A stretch of 64,000 nucleotides of DNA from Nitrospiraceae bacterium (GCA_037446055.1 JBBIJI010000016.1:1-64000); one strand, 5' to 3'; shown: positions 48,673 through 58,009, counted from the stretch's first letter. Notes: generated by a model not told the origin, from the sequence alone. Numbers and translations: made by a program.

Positions 48673-49365
48673 ATGAAGAGATACGATCAGAGAGTGAGGG
48701 CCACGAGCCTGATCATCATGGTCTTGCTGGCTCTCGGGACCATGTTTGCGCCCTGGTCGGCCTGGGCGGAGGAGACCGGCAATATGGTGGTGTTCAAGGG
48801 CGGGTTCATGAATCTGAGCGAGGACCGCGGCAGGCAGATTTTTACCGACACGAATGGCCTCACGGGAGTCAACGGAGGCAACGCCGGGTGGTATGTCGGA
48901 GCGTGGTTGGACTTGGGCCTTTCCAAAGATGCCTGGGGTCTGATGAAGGGAATCACAGGGATAGGAGAAATCGGTTTGCAGTTCAACCGGATCAATTCAG
49001 CGAGAGTGAATAACACCGCTGGGAGCGTGGCTGCCCATACTGTCACCGGTATTACCGCAGTCGATCCTCAGGTGGTCCAACTCACCATGGTGACCATCGA
49101 CGTGGCGCCGAAGCTGAAGTTTATGGAGGGCAACGCGTTTCGGCCCTGGATCATTCCTGTTGGGTTGGACATCCACGTGATCAGCCCCCCCTCGAATCGA
49201 ACGCAATATCTCGACGTCGGCGTGCAATTCGGCGCGGGGTTTGAATATGCAGTCTGGAAGGCCTTCAAGGTTGGAGCGGATGCCCGTTACCACTTGACGG
49301 CTAACATGACCAACACGAACAACTCTTACTTCCAGGTCGGGCCGTACGTCGGGATTACGTTCTGA
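48673..49365 (+). CDS. outer-membrane beta-barrel protein (OmpW/porin-like)
   Basis: Shine-Dalgarno AAAGGAGG. Signal peptide ends in AWA-EE. Alternating amphipathic strands. C-terminal Phe (GITF). Confidence 0.65.
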   Translation: MKRYDQRVRATSLIIMVLLALGTMFAPWSAWAEETGNMVVFKGGFMNLSEDRGRQIFTDTNGLTGVNGGNAGWYVGAWLDLGLSKDAWGLMKGITGIGEIGLQFNRINSARVNNTAGSVAAHTVTGITAVDPQVVQLTMVTIDVAPKLKFMEGNAFRPWIIPVGLDIHVISPPSNRTQYLDVGVQFGAGFEYAVWKAFKVGADARYHLTANMTNTNNSYFQVGPYVGITF

Positions 49366-49371
49366 TGGTAA

Positions 49372-49515
49372 GAAGCGAATAGCTGGTAGCAGGTAGCGGA
49401 TTGCTCTCGAACAGAAGCGAATAGCTGATAGCGAATAGCGGGTAGCTCTGAACTTCTTGCTGCAAGCTGTTCGCTACTTGCTATTCGCTATTCGGAGCTG
49501 CTCGCTACTTGCTCA
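49372..49515. repeat. family-3 palindromic repeat element, followed by a 14-bp perfect hairpin (CAACGGACAAGGTGG / CCACCTTGTCCGTT at 49543-49585)
   Basis: Read directly. Confidence 0.7.
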
Positions 49516-49732
49516 GAAAAGGGGAAGGAGCCTTGCCCAGCTCAACGGACAAGGTGGGGGCGTTCCTCCTGCCACCTTGTCCGTTCCCCGTTTGGCCCTC
49601 AAGTGAAGGGCCAATAGTGCAGAGCGGGATCTCCGGTATCGAGTTATATTTCTTGGGGATAGATTCCTGAGTGGTCTGCTCTGAACCCCGAACTCAATTC
49701 ATAATTCATCATTCATAATTCAGAATTGTTTC

Positions 49733-50839
49733 ATGCACCCCCCTCCACGCCTCGTCTACTGGGAAACCACGAAGCGCTGCAATTTACGCTGCGCGCACTG
49801 CCGTGCAATTCCGCAAACGCAGTCGTCTCCGGACGAGCTGTCGTTGGCCGAAGGCTTCAGACTCATCGACGCGATCGCCGAAGTGGGGCAACCCATTCTC
49901 GTGCTCACCGGCGGTGAGCCGCTGCTCCGGCGCGATCTCTTCGACTTAGCGACCTATGGCGCGTGGCGAGGGCTGCGAATGGCTCTGGCCACCAACGGGA
50001 CGCTTGTCAACCGCGACATGGCCAAACATGTCGTCGAGGCCGGATTCAAGCGAGTGTCGATCAGTCTCGACGGGCCGGACGCCGAGACGCATGACCGATT
50101 CCGCCGGGTACCGGGCGCGTTTGATCAAGCGGTGGATGGATTCATTCATCTGAAGGAGCTCGGCATGTCGATGCAGGTGAATACCACCGTCACCCTGCAG
50201 AACCGGGAACGACTTGAAGAGATCTATGAGTTGGTGCGGAAGCTCGGCGCCGACGCCTGGCATCTATTTTTGCTCGTCCCGGTCGGGTGCGGGCTGGAGA
50301 TCATGCGGACCGCCCAGCTCACTCCACGGGATTATGAAGAAGTGTTGTATTGGATCGACGAACTCGCTCAAACCGAGACGATGGAAATCCGCGCAACTTG
50401 CGCGCCGCACGCGCAGAGGATTCGGCTCCAGCGGCAGGCGATTGTTGAAGCCGGCGTTGATTCCCAGTCCGGTGATCGAACGGGTCGAGTTTCTAACTCA
50501 GAACTCAGAACTCAAGACTCAGAACTCCGAGCTTCCCGTCGCGGCTGCCTGGCCGGAACGGGCATTTGCTTTGTGTCTTATCGCGGGGAGGTCTTTCCAT
50601 GCGGCTACCTCCCGGTGTCAGCCGGGAACGTGCGCCAGCAATCCTTCAAATCTATCTGGGAGGAGGCGTCCGTTTTCGAGGAATTGCGTGATCCGAACTT
50701 GCTGCTGGGGAAGTGCGGAGTGTGCGAATATCGAATCGTCTGCGGCGGCTGCCGCGCGCGGGCCTTCGGGCAGACGGGCATTTATCTCTACGAAGAACCG
50801 TTCTGCAATTATCTTCCTGGCTCGGCGAGGACTGAATAG
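49733..50839 (+). CDS. radical SAM protein with C-terminal SPASM/twitch domain (anSME/NirJ/PqqE-like maturase); carries an in-frame repeat-derived 13-15 aa insertion
   Basis: Radical SAM motif CNLRCAHC. C-terminal motifs GCLAGTGICFVSYRGEVFPCG and CGVCEYRIVCGGCRARAF. The insertion VSNSELRTQDSELRAS is encoded by aactcagaactcagaactcaagactcagaactccgagc (50495-50532). No Shine-Dalgarno at the first ATG, so the start is uncertain. Confidence 0.8.
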   Translation: MHPPPRLVYWETTKRCNLRCAHCRAIPQTQSSPDELSLAEGFRLIDAIAEVGQPILVLTGGEPLLRRDLFDLATYGAWRGLRMALATNGTLVNRDMAKHVVEAGFKRVSISLDGPDAETHDRFRRVPGAFDQAVDGFIHLKELGMSMQVNTTVTLQNRERLEEIYELVRKLGADAWHLFLLVPVGCGLEIMRTAQLTPRDYEEVLYWIDELAQTETMEIRATCAPHAQRIRLQRQAIVEAGVDSQSGDRTGRVSNSELRTQDSELRASRRGCLAGTGICFVSYRGEVFPCGYLPVSAGNVRQQSFKSIWEEASVFEELRDPNLLLGKCGVCEYRIVCGGCRARAFGQTGIYLYEEPFCNYLPGSARTE

Positions 50840-50882
50840 CGAGCAGCGAACAGAGAATAGCGAGCAGCGAACAGCGGGCAGC
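50834..50882. repeat. family-3 repeat element (tgaatagcgagcagcgaacagagaatagcgagcagcgaacagcgggcagc); short partner arm gagctattcgctagttcag at 50968-50986
   Basis: Read directly. It overlaps the radical SAM stop codon. Confidence 0.65.
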
Positions 50883-51083
50883 TTTATGACGCCCTTTCCT
50901 TGTCCTTCCCCCGGGGACCCGTTGCTCCCCAAGATGCAGCGGGTGATGGGGAGGGAAGGGTGGGGGTGAGCTATTCGCTAGTTCAGATGAAAATAGTGCC
51001 CGGGACGGGGACAGGCACGCCGCTGCGGCGAGCCGGTCCCCTTCGAGCAAGATCGAGGGTCGAGCGACGGACGGGCGAGGGGC

Positions 51084-51902
51084 TTACGCGGCATTTCGAT
51101 ACAGGTAATCGGCGCCCACCGGTAAATGACCCAGCCATTGGAAGAAACGAGTCACTTCTTCACCGCGGAAAATGGAGCCATGTTGGGGGAGCATGGCGGT
51201 AATCCGGTACCCGGCCAGCTTCTTGATCATCCCGGCGACGGCCCGGTTACAGGACATGTACCGTTGGTGGAATCCCTGCATGGCTCTGATATGCGCGTCC
51301 CAGTTGTCGATGATGAGGTGGAAGGCATTGTCTTTATAGACAGACGCCCCGACATCGCCGGTAAATAAGAATCCGCTCTCCGAATCGAATAGCAGAATAT
51401 TCCCGGGTGAATGGAGATACGGCGCGGAAATGCACTCGAGGCGCCCTCCGCTCTTCAGCGTGATCGTCGCTCCTTCGTCGCCCACCGGGATATAGTTCAA
51501 CCTATAACTCTTCCCCGTGACATCCCGTGACTCGTAATGCGGCATGAACCGCTGCCACAGAGAGGAAATTACCAACTGGATGTTTTCGTTCCACTTCACC
51601 CAGCTCGGGAATGACGCGCAGATGTCGGGGTCTTGGTGGCTGAAATAGAGGTGCGAGACGGCGCTCGGTGACATCAGGTAACAGACCTTCTTGAATACCG
51701 GGGGGAAGCGGTCGAAGCCGCCGGGTTCCAGTAGGTAGCCTGCTCCTTCATCAATAATCAGATACGAGTTGCACTCGATTTCCTCTCCGGTGGAGTGAGC
51801 GCCGACCCAATAGATCTTGTGCGAGTCACCGTCATAGAGAAGGATGGGTTGGTCGGGGTCAACTGGCGAGTTCTTGAGTTCAAGCAATGGAAGCTTGGGC
51901 AT
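51084..51902 (-). CDS. MBL-fold protein, flavodiiron/ODP-like diiron domain without flavodoxin module
   Basis: Motifs HSTGEEIECNSYLIIDEGAGYLLEPGG, FSHQDPD and ITAMLPQHGSIFRG resemble the N-terminal beta-lactamase-like domain of flavodiiron and oxygen-binding diiron proteins. Confidence 0.6.
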   Translation of the reverse strand: MPKLPLLELKNSPVDPDQPILLYDGDSHKIYWVGAHSTGEEIECNSYLIIDEGAGYLLEPGGFDRFPPVFKKVCYLMSPSAVSHLYFSHQDPDICASFPSWVKWNENIQLVISSLWQRFMPHYESRDVTGKSYRLNYIPVGDEGATITLKSGGRLECISAPYLHSPGNILLFDSESGFLFTGDVGASVYKDNAFHLIIDNWDAHIRAMQGFHQRYMSCNRAVAGMIKKLAGYRITAMLPQHGSIFRGEEVTRFFQWLGHLPVGADYLYRNAA

Positions 51903-52181
51903 GCGAACACCTCCTCATGATTGGTAATGGGGTTATGCCCGGCCTCCAGACGGCATCTTAGGCGAAGCACGCCGCGATGCAAAGCCAATTCACCTTTTGA
52001 ACTTCGGCAGACGCCGGAGATCGATCCCCGAGCAACTCCGAGTAACAGGCGTGGGCAGCGAATGTATGGCGCGAACGGCAGGCAGCGAATAGCGAGGACG
52101 ATTTGGTGAAGCATGATTCGGTGATCCGGTGGAGTAATGTGCGAAACTTCGCCAGATCACCAAATCACCAATTCATACTTT

Positions 52182-52967
52182 TCACGGTCCGAGGTCTCGG
52201 GCGCACCGGAAGCCGAGGTCAAAAAACGTGCTCGCCGGTCCGAAGTAGTTTCGGTTGGTCGAGCGCAGGTCATAGAGCATGTTGTACCAAGAGCCTCCGC
52301 GCGCGACCTTGCTTCCGCCGCGAGCGGGCCCCGTCGGATTCCGATCGGGACTGCTCTTGTAGTAATTCACGTCGTACCAATCTGCGACCCACTCCCAGGT
52401 ATTGCCCGCCAGCTCATAGATCCCGTACGGGCTCTTCCCCGGCTCTAGACTTCCCACAGGCAACAGCGTCTCATACCCGATCCACGTCGCGCCGAAGTTC
52501 GCGCGGAGACGCGTCGGCTCCTCGTTCCCCCATGGGAACCTTCGTCCGTCGGTGCCCCGCGCGGCTTTCTCCCACTCGGCTTCGGTCGGGAGACGTTTCC
52601 CATAGTGGCGGCAGTAGGCATCGGCGTCATGCCAGGTGACGCCGACGACCGGACGACTGCCGTCGGTGACATGGTTCACATCCTTCCACTTCGACGGCGG
52701 CTCGCGACCGGTCTCTTGCATGAATCGACCGTATTGGGCAGTCGTCACCTCGAACTTATCCATATAGAACGCATCGAGGGAGACTCGATGGACAGGTTTC
52801 TCATCCGCCTCCCACCCTTCACTGCCCATCGTGAATTCTCCGGCTGGAACGAGAACCATCGGGGCGCCGTCCTTTCCGGTGATCTCGGGTGATCGTTCCT
52901 GAGCAAGGGCAAGTGCCGTCCACGAAATGACTGTTGCGAGGAGCGCGGTGAAGATTGAGAGTCGCAT
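52182..52967 (-). CDS. FGE-sulfatase fold protein, single-Cys PvdO/NirV-like subfamily, secreted (copy 3)
   Basis: Motifs MVLVPAGEFTMGSE, WHDADAYCRHYGKRLPTEAEWEKAARG, RGGSWYN and GFRCARDLGP. Start trimmed to MRLSIFTALL (signal peptide). Confidence 0.8.
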   Translation of the reverse strand: MRLSIFTALLATVISWTALALAQERSPEITGKDGAPMVLVPAGEFTMGSEGWEADEKPVHRVSLDAFYMDKFEVTTAQYGRFMQETGREPPSKWKDVNHVTDGSRPVVGVTWHDADAYCRHYGKRLPTEAEWEKAARGTDGRRFPWGNEEPTRLRANFGATWIGYETLLPVGSLEPGKSPYGIYELAGNTWEWVADWYDVNYYKSSPDRNPTGPARGGSKVARGGSWYNMLYDLRSTNRNYFGPASTFFDLGFRCARDLGP

Positions 52968-53440
52968 GGGCGGCGCCGTGCGTCGACTCAAACGATATAG
53001 CGAGGTCGCGGGCGATACGCCCTCAATAAGCTTGGCCATGCAAATCGAACGCCGAAGGGTATTCATTTGGCATCCCTTCTGGGCCACCAGAAGTTCGACA
53101 GCTCATCGAGCAAGGTCGATTGCCTCGATGCGCTCGGAAACGGTGAACCATACATCATTCTCCGTTGAGGCTCTCTCGACGAACGCTTCATACTTACTTA
53201 ACACCGCCCATTCTCTACAGCCCCGCCAGCGAAGGATCTCAGCGATAGGGAGCTTAACATTCGGTCCGCCCAGCCTTCTGTGGCATTGTGCAGCAGCTCA
53301 ATGAGGGTGTTTGTAGCTCTTTGACCCAGAGACGTACTGCATCCGCGCGGCAAGTCCCGTGGAATATCTTTCAACACGCATGAATAGTTAGCTCATTCCT
53401 CGGCTTGCTCGTGATTACAGGTGACGAAGAGGTGTAGTCC

Positions 53441-54214
53441 TTGCAACCCAGGTTTCTTGAGTACGCGCTTGCAAAGTCTTGCGCAAGTCCACGAGGCAGG
53501 GGAGTGAGACCCAAGCATTGCCTCATTGAAGGCTGCGACAGTTGCGGTTTACGTAGCAAGGCTGTGCTGTGCAACCTCACCGGAGAAGATCTCGCCGGCT
53601 TCGAGAAAATCAAGCGCTCCCTGATGTACGAACCTCAGCAGACGGTCTTCTACGAGGGCCATGCCTGCCTGGGCTTGTACTTGCTCTGTGCCGGCAAGGT
53701 CAAGCTTACCCGCTCTTCGGTCCGCGGCCAGCGACAGATCGTGCGCATCCTAGAGAGCGGCGAACTGATCGAGAAGCACGCGTTTCGGGCCAAGGCCATC
53801 CACGAAGTCACCTGTGAGACCCTGGAACCATCCCAGATCTGCCTGATCGAAAAGGAGCCCTACATGGCGCTCATCCAGCGCAACCCTGGGCTGGCCTTGA
53901 GCGTGATCCAACTCCTAAGCAGTGAACTGGGCATGAATATGGACCAGCTCGACCAGTTCACCTTCAAGACCGCGCGCGAGCGCCTGGCGGGACTGCTCGT
54001 GGAACTGGGCGAACGATTCGGCAAGAAGGCGGACGGCGGGCTTCTCGTGGGAATCACGCTCAAACGCGAGGAGGTGGCTGAAATGGCGGGCATCACCGTC
54101 GAAACGGCCATTCGGCTCCTCAGCGCCTTTCGGGACGAAGGACTCGTCAACATAGACGGACGAGCGATCACCCTCCTCAAGCCGGATCGCCTGGCCCGCA
54201 TCGCACGGCACTAA
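53441..54214 (+). CDS. Crp/Fnr family transcriptional regulator with N-terminal Cys cluster
   Basis: cNMP-binding fold (FYEGHACLGLYLLCAGKVKL). C-terminal HTH (REEVAEMAGITVETAIRLLS). N-terminal CLIEGCDSCG...C cluster reminiscent of FNR. Start uncertain (TTG in the ORF track). Confidence 0.75.
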   Translation: MQPRFLEYALAKSCASPRGRGVRPKHCLIEGCDSCGLRSKAVLCNLTGEDLAGFEKIKRSLMYEPQQTVFYEGHACLGLYLLCAGKVKLTRSSVRGQRQIVRILESGELIEKHAFRAKAIHEVTCETLEPSQICLIEKEPYMALIQRNPGLALSVIQLLSSELGMNMDQLDQFTFKTARERLAGLLVELGERFGKKADGGLLVGITLKREEVAEMAGITVETAIRLLSAFRDEGLVNIDGRAITLLKPDRLARIARH

Positions 54215-54216
54215 TC

Positions 54217-54412
54217 TGATAGCGAATAGCGAACAGCCAGCAGCTAACAGCAAATAGCGAGCAGCGAATAGCTCCGAGCGGCGCCTCTTTCAGCAGAATC
54301 CCCCTTTCTTCCCTGTCTTGCCCGGCTTATACCACCTAACTCTTAGCTGTTCCTAGCATTTAGCTACTCGCTATTCGCTGACTTTCGGCTACGCGCCACC
54401 TGCTGCTCGCTG
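54217..54412. repeat. family-3 palindromic repeat element (arms 54217-54275 and 54343-54412)
   Basis: Read directly: gatagcgaatagcgaacagccagcagctaacagcaaatagcgagcagcgaatagc ... tagctactcgctattcgctg. Confidence 0.65.
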
Positions 54413-54577
54413 ATCCCGAGCTATAGGTCCAAAGACCCATTCCTAGGCTTTGAGAAGAATCATAAGCCGGACCGGCTAACCACAGTGTTGGCTTACCTCG
54501 TTTTCTTTACTGTGGGCGTCGAAAAAGAAGGGTGCGGGCCGAACGCATGACGATGGCTCCCTCCACAGAGCCGGCCA

Positions 54578-55105
54578 ATGATGAGGCGATCACGGCGCAC
54601 ACGTAAGGAAGCAGCAGTGGACCCCGTGGCCCTTCTGAAACGGGAACACGAGATGATCCTGGAACAGTTGCACATGATCGAGGCCACGATCGGACCGAAG
54701 AGCAAGAAAGGAGCTGCGCTGTTGGAGCCGGGTCGAAGCACGCTCTGCGAACTGTTCCGTTTTTTCACCGGACGAGTGGACGTGCACTACAAGCGGGAAG
54801 CGACGCTGATTTCCGCGCTCAGTCGCGTTGTTGGGCGTAAGAACGGAGAACGCGAACAATTCGAGGGCTTGCTCTGTGAGCATCGCGCACTGAAAGCGGA
54901 TGCGGCGAGCATTATGAAGCGACTTTCGAAACACACTGCAACCCCGTCCGTTGCCGACGGCGCCGATCGGTTGGGAATTCGGTCGTTCGTGAAGCGCTTC
55001 CGCAGTCATATTGCATGCGAGGAGCGCATTCTCTACGTGCTGGCCGGCATGCGACTGAACGCCGAGCAAAAACAGCGCGTCGGTCATCGCATGTTGCAGG
55101 TCTGA
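54578..55105 (+). CDS. hemerythrin-like (HHE cation-binding) domain protein
   Basis: Motifs LLKREHEMILEQL, HYKREATLI and ACEERILYV give the H...HxxxE...H...HxxxxD-type spacing of hemerythrin-like metal sites. The 5' end is probably shorter than the ORF track shows. Confidence 0.6.
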   Translation: MMRRSRRTRKEAAVDPVALLKREHEMILEQLHMIEATIGPKSKKGAALLEPGRSTLCELFRFFTGRVDVHYKREATLISALSRVVGRKNGEREQFEGLLCEHRALKADAASIMKRLSKHTATPSVADGADRLGIRSFVKRFRSHIACEERILYVLAGMRLNAEQKQRVGHRMLQV

Positions 55106-55109
55106 CAAT

Positions 55110-55202
55110 GCAGCGAATAGCGAACAGCCGGCAGCGAGTAGCAGGCAGCAGGCAGCTCAAATCGACAAGCTGCTAGCTACTCGCTACTCGCTATTGGCTA
55201 CC
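55110..55202. repeat. family-3 palindromic repeat element
   Basis: Read directly: gcagcgaatagcgaacagccggcagcgagtagcaggcagcaggcagc ... tagctactcgctactcgctattggcta. Confidence 0.7.
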
Positions 55203-55290
55203 TGAAGAGAAGAAGGGAGGTGAGCTGACGGCAACAGTGGTCCCAGGCACAGCCAGTAATCTGACAGCGAGCGTTTTGTAGAGAGGAGGA

Positions 55291-56499
55291 ATGATCATGA
55301 GAAGGACAAGAGGAATGGTCGTCGCGATGATGGCGCTCACCCTCTGCGCGTTTGCGGCGGGTGTCGCGTTTGCGGCCGACCCAGAAGTCAAGACGCACAA
55401 GCAACCCTATCCGGACCGATGGAACTCGATCAAAAACCCGCCGGTGAGCAAGTTCGGTTATCCACCTGATATCTGGGCCGCCGAGAACATGTCGTTCCGG
55501 GCGACCGGCAAGATCGTCGAATACTACCTGACGATCGAGCAGATCAAGTGGAACATCGTCGGCGACGTGTACGTGACGCAGTGGGCGTTCAACGGGCAGG
55601 TGCCCGGACCGCTCCTGACGGCGACCGAGGGCGACATCGTCCGCATTACGGTCAAGAACAACACGACCATTGACCACACCATTCACCCGCACGGGTTCTG
55701 GGTGCCGGTCAATATGGACGGCGTGCCGAACATCACCCAGTTGTCGATCCAACCGGGCGAGACGTTCGTGTATGAGTTCATGGCGAAGCCCTCAGGGCAC
55801 CATTTCTATCACTGCCACGTGAACGCGGCGACGCACATGGACATGGGACTCTATGGGTCCTTCGTCGTGTATCCGCCGGCTGAAGCGGCGAACGGGACGA
55901 ATGCGAACCAGGTGGCCGATCCTGCAGCCAGAATCGACCGGGACTACGTGATGATCCTGGACGAGGTGGACACGCGGATCGACGACGGCGAGAGCGGAGG
56001 CATGGAACTCGGCCATCCGAGGAAGATCGCCAACTTCAACTACTTCACGATCAACGGCAAATCCTTTCCCGAGACGCCGATGATCTTCGTGCGGGAAGGC
56101 GACATCGTGCGGGTCCGATTCCTGAATTTCGGTTACTGGTCCCATGCGATGCACCTGCACGGCCATGCGTTTGCGCAAGCCAGTGCCGAGTGCGATCGCT
56201 GTCCGAAATACTGGGAGTTCAGGGACGCGATGAACCTGAACGCCGCGCAACGAACCGACATCGTCTTTAAGGCCAACAATCCCGGCCGGTGGGTGTTCCA
56301 CTGCCACCGGGTGCCCCACGCGACGAATGACGGAGCCTATCCGGGCGGACTCCTGACGATCATCGAGTACGAGAACAACCCGTACCTGCCGGTGATTCCG
56401 CAGTTGCCGTTGCCGGGGTTCAAGCACATGGACGATCCGAAGACCATGAACATGTCGCTGTCGCATAAGGCGATCAAGAAGCAGCTCGCGGGCGAATAG
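55291..56499 (+). CDS. two-domain multicopper oxidase (secreted)
   Basis: Shine-Dalgarno GAGAGGAGGA. Signal peptide ends in AFA-AD. Domain 1 motifs HTIHPHG and HHFYHCHVNAATHMDMG. Domain 2 motifs MHLHGHAF and WVFHCHRVPHATNDG. No NirK-specific signatures. Confidence 0.8.
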   Translation: MIMRRTRGMVVAMMALTLCAFAAGVAFAADPEVKTHKQPYPDRWNSIKNPPVSKFGYPPDIWAAENMSFRATGKIVEYYLTIEQIKWNIVGDVYVTQWAFNGQVPGPLLTATEGDIVRITVKNNTTIDHTIHPHGFWVPVNMDGVPNITQLSIQPGETFVYEFMAKPSGHHFYHCHVNAATHMDMGLYGSFVVYPPAEAANGTNANQVADPAARIDRDYVMILDEVDTRIDDGESGGMELGHPRKIANFNYFTINGKSFPETPMIFVREGDIVRVRFLNFGYWSHAMHLHGHAFAQASAECDRCPKYWEFRDAMNLNAAQRTDIVFKANNPGRWVFHCHRVPHATNDGAYPGGLLTIIEYENNPYLPVIPQLPLPGFKHMDDPKTMNMSLSHKAIKKQLAGE

Positions 56500-56576
56500 C
56501 CGTAGAACTGGAACGGTGCTTGAGGAGGTGAGGAGCTCCCGCTCCTCCCTCCCGGCGTCGAGAGGAGGGAGAGGTC

Positions 56577-56903
56577 ATGAAAATGTCACGGTTGTTACTG
56601 GTCGCGATCTCCTGGACGATCCTGTTTGGTGGCGTGGCATTCGCTGATCGCGTGGTCCATTCCGGGAATGTCACCAAGATCAACAAGGACTCCGGGGCGG
56701 TCGAGATCGAGTTACGGAACGGGGGAACGAAGGCATTTACGGTGACGGACAAAGACATTCTGGCCAGTCCCGTGTGGAAAAAGCGGCTCAACGTCGGCGA
56801 CGGCGTGGACATCACGGCCGACGGCGACAAGGTCATCACGGTGCTTCGCCGGAATCTGCCGGTCACGATCCGGCCTGCGGAGACCGCAGCGGCTCCTAAA
56901 TAG
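56577..56903 (+). CDS. small secreted protein (108 aa), tandem paralogue A
   Basis: Signal peptide ends in AFA-DR. Mature region is more than 90% identical to the product of 57040-57372. Confidence 0.55.
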   Translation: MKMSRLLLVAISWTILFGGVAFADRVVHSGNVTKINKDSGAVEIELRNGGTKAFTVTDKDILASPVWKKRLNVGDGVDITADGDKVITVLRRNLPVTIRPAETAAAPK

Positions 56904-57039
56904 GGAGGTCAAGAGACGGGAACGGGAAGTTCGGAATGAGTCCGGACTTCCGCTCACCTCAAGCCAAAGTCAGTTTCCTAATCCTGCCCGACCGTCTAGT
57001 AGATCAAGCGGAAGATCGTACCGAGGGGGAGGTAGAAGC

Positions 57040-57372
57040 ATGCTGATGAAGCCTTCGAAAGTGTTACTGCTCGTGATCTTAGGTGTGATTCTATCCGGCG
57101 GAATAGCCTTGGCCGGCGATCGCGTGGTCCATTCCGGGAACGTCACCAAGATCGACAAGGATTCCGGGGCAGTCGAGATCGAGTTGCGGAACGGGGGAAC
57201 GAAGGCATTTACAGTGACGGACAAAGACATTCTGGCCAGTCCCGTGTGGAAAAAGCGGCTCAACGTCGGCGACGGCGTGGACATCACGGCCGACGGCGAC
57301 AAGGTGATCACGGTGCTCCGCCGGAATTTGCCGGTGACGATCCGACCCCCGGAGGCGCCGGCGGCGAAATGA
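57040..57372 (+). CDS. small secreted protein (110 aa), tandem paralogue B
   Basis: Mature part is near-identical (DRVVHSGNVTKIxKDSGAVEIELRNGGTKAFTVTDKDILASPVWKKRLNVGDGVDITADGDKVITVLRRNLPVTIRP). Confidence 0.55.
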   Translation: MLMKPSKVLLLVILGVILSGGIALAGDRVVHSGNVTKIDKDSGAVEIELRNGGTKAFTVTDKDILASPVWKKRLNVGDGVDITADGDKVITVLRRNLPVTIRPPEAPAAK

Positions 57373-57677
57373 ACGAGCTACGACTGGAAGACGAGAAGCT
57401 GATAGGTGACTAGAAGCCTGGCAGCCCTCTTTTCCTCCTTGCACGGACGGAGACGAATCGGCGTTCTGACGGAGAATTTGTTTGGTGCCGTTTGGAGCAG
57501 CGGAGAGACACCTGCTGATGCGAAACGCCGCAGTGCAATAGGGAAGTTGGGAAAAAAGATCGCTGAATTGTGAATGTGAGTAAAGGCATCACTTCTGCCA
57601 GACCACATGGAAGGCGCGGTCATCACCGGGTAGTGCGTGTGAGTCCGAAATTGAAAATGGAAAAAGGGGGGATGGCG

Positions 57678-57986
57678 ATGAAAAACATCATGCCGGTTTT
57701 ATTCATCATGCTGGTCAGCGGCTCATTGACCATGGCCATGGCCGAGACGAAAGCGGAACGAGCGAAGGGCGCGCCCGTCAAGATCGTGCAAGGGACGCTG
57801 AAAGAAGTCGATGTGAAGGGCAAGACTGCAACGGTCGAAATCGTTCAAGGTCAAGCGGTGAAGCTAAAGCTATCTGAGGAAGCTGCAGACCAATTGGACC
57901 GAGTCGGCAAGAAGGCCGAGCGCGTCGAACTCCGGTTGTCGGCCGATGATGTCGTGCAGACGGTGGCGGTAGGGACCGGGCCATGA
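57678..57986 (+). CDS. small secreted hypothetical protein (102 aa)
   Basis: Shine-Dalgarno AAAGGGGGG. Signal peptide ends in AMA-ET. Lys/Val-rich beta-type sequence. Confidence 0.4.
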   Translation: MKNIMPVLFIMLVSGSLTMAMAETKAERAKGAPVKIVQGTLKEVDVKGKTATVEIVQGQAVKLKLSEEAADQLDRVGKKAERVELRLSADDVVQTVAVGTGP

Positions 57987-58009
57987 CCAGGATCGTGGGG
58001 TTGTGAAAC

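Noticed and set aside
55291-56499. Calling the 402-aa two-domain multicopper oxidase a copper nitrite reductase (NirK)
   Set aside because: NirK-type type-2 copper and Asp/His catalytic signatures were not seen. Instead both domains carry HxH plus HCH motifs, typical of two-domain laccase-like MCOs. The NirV-like neighbours make NirK tempting, but the sequence does not support it.
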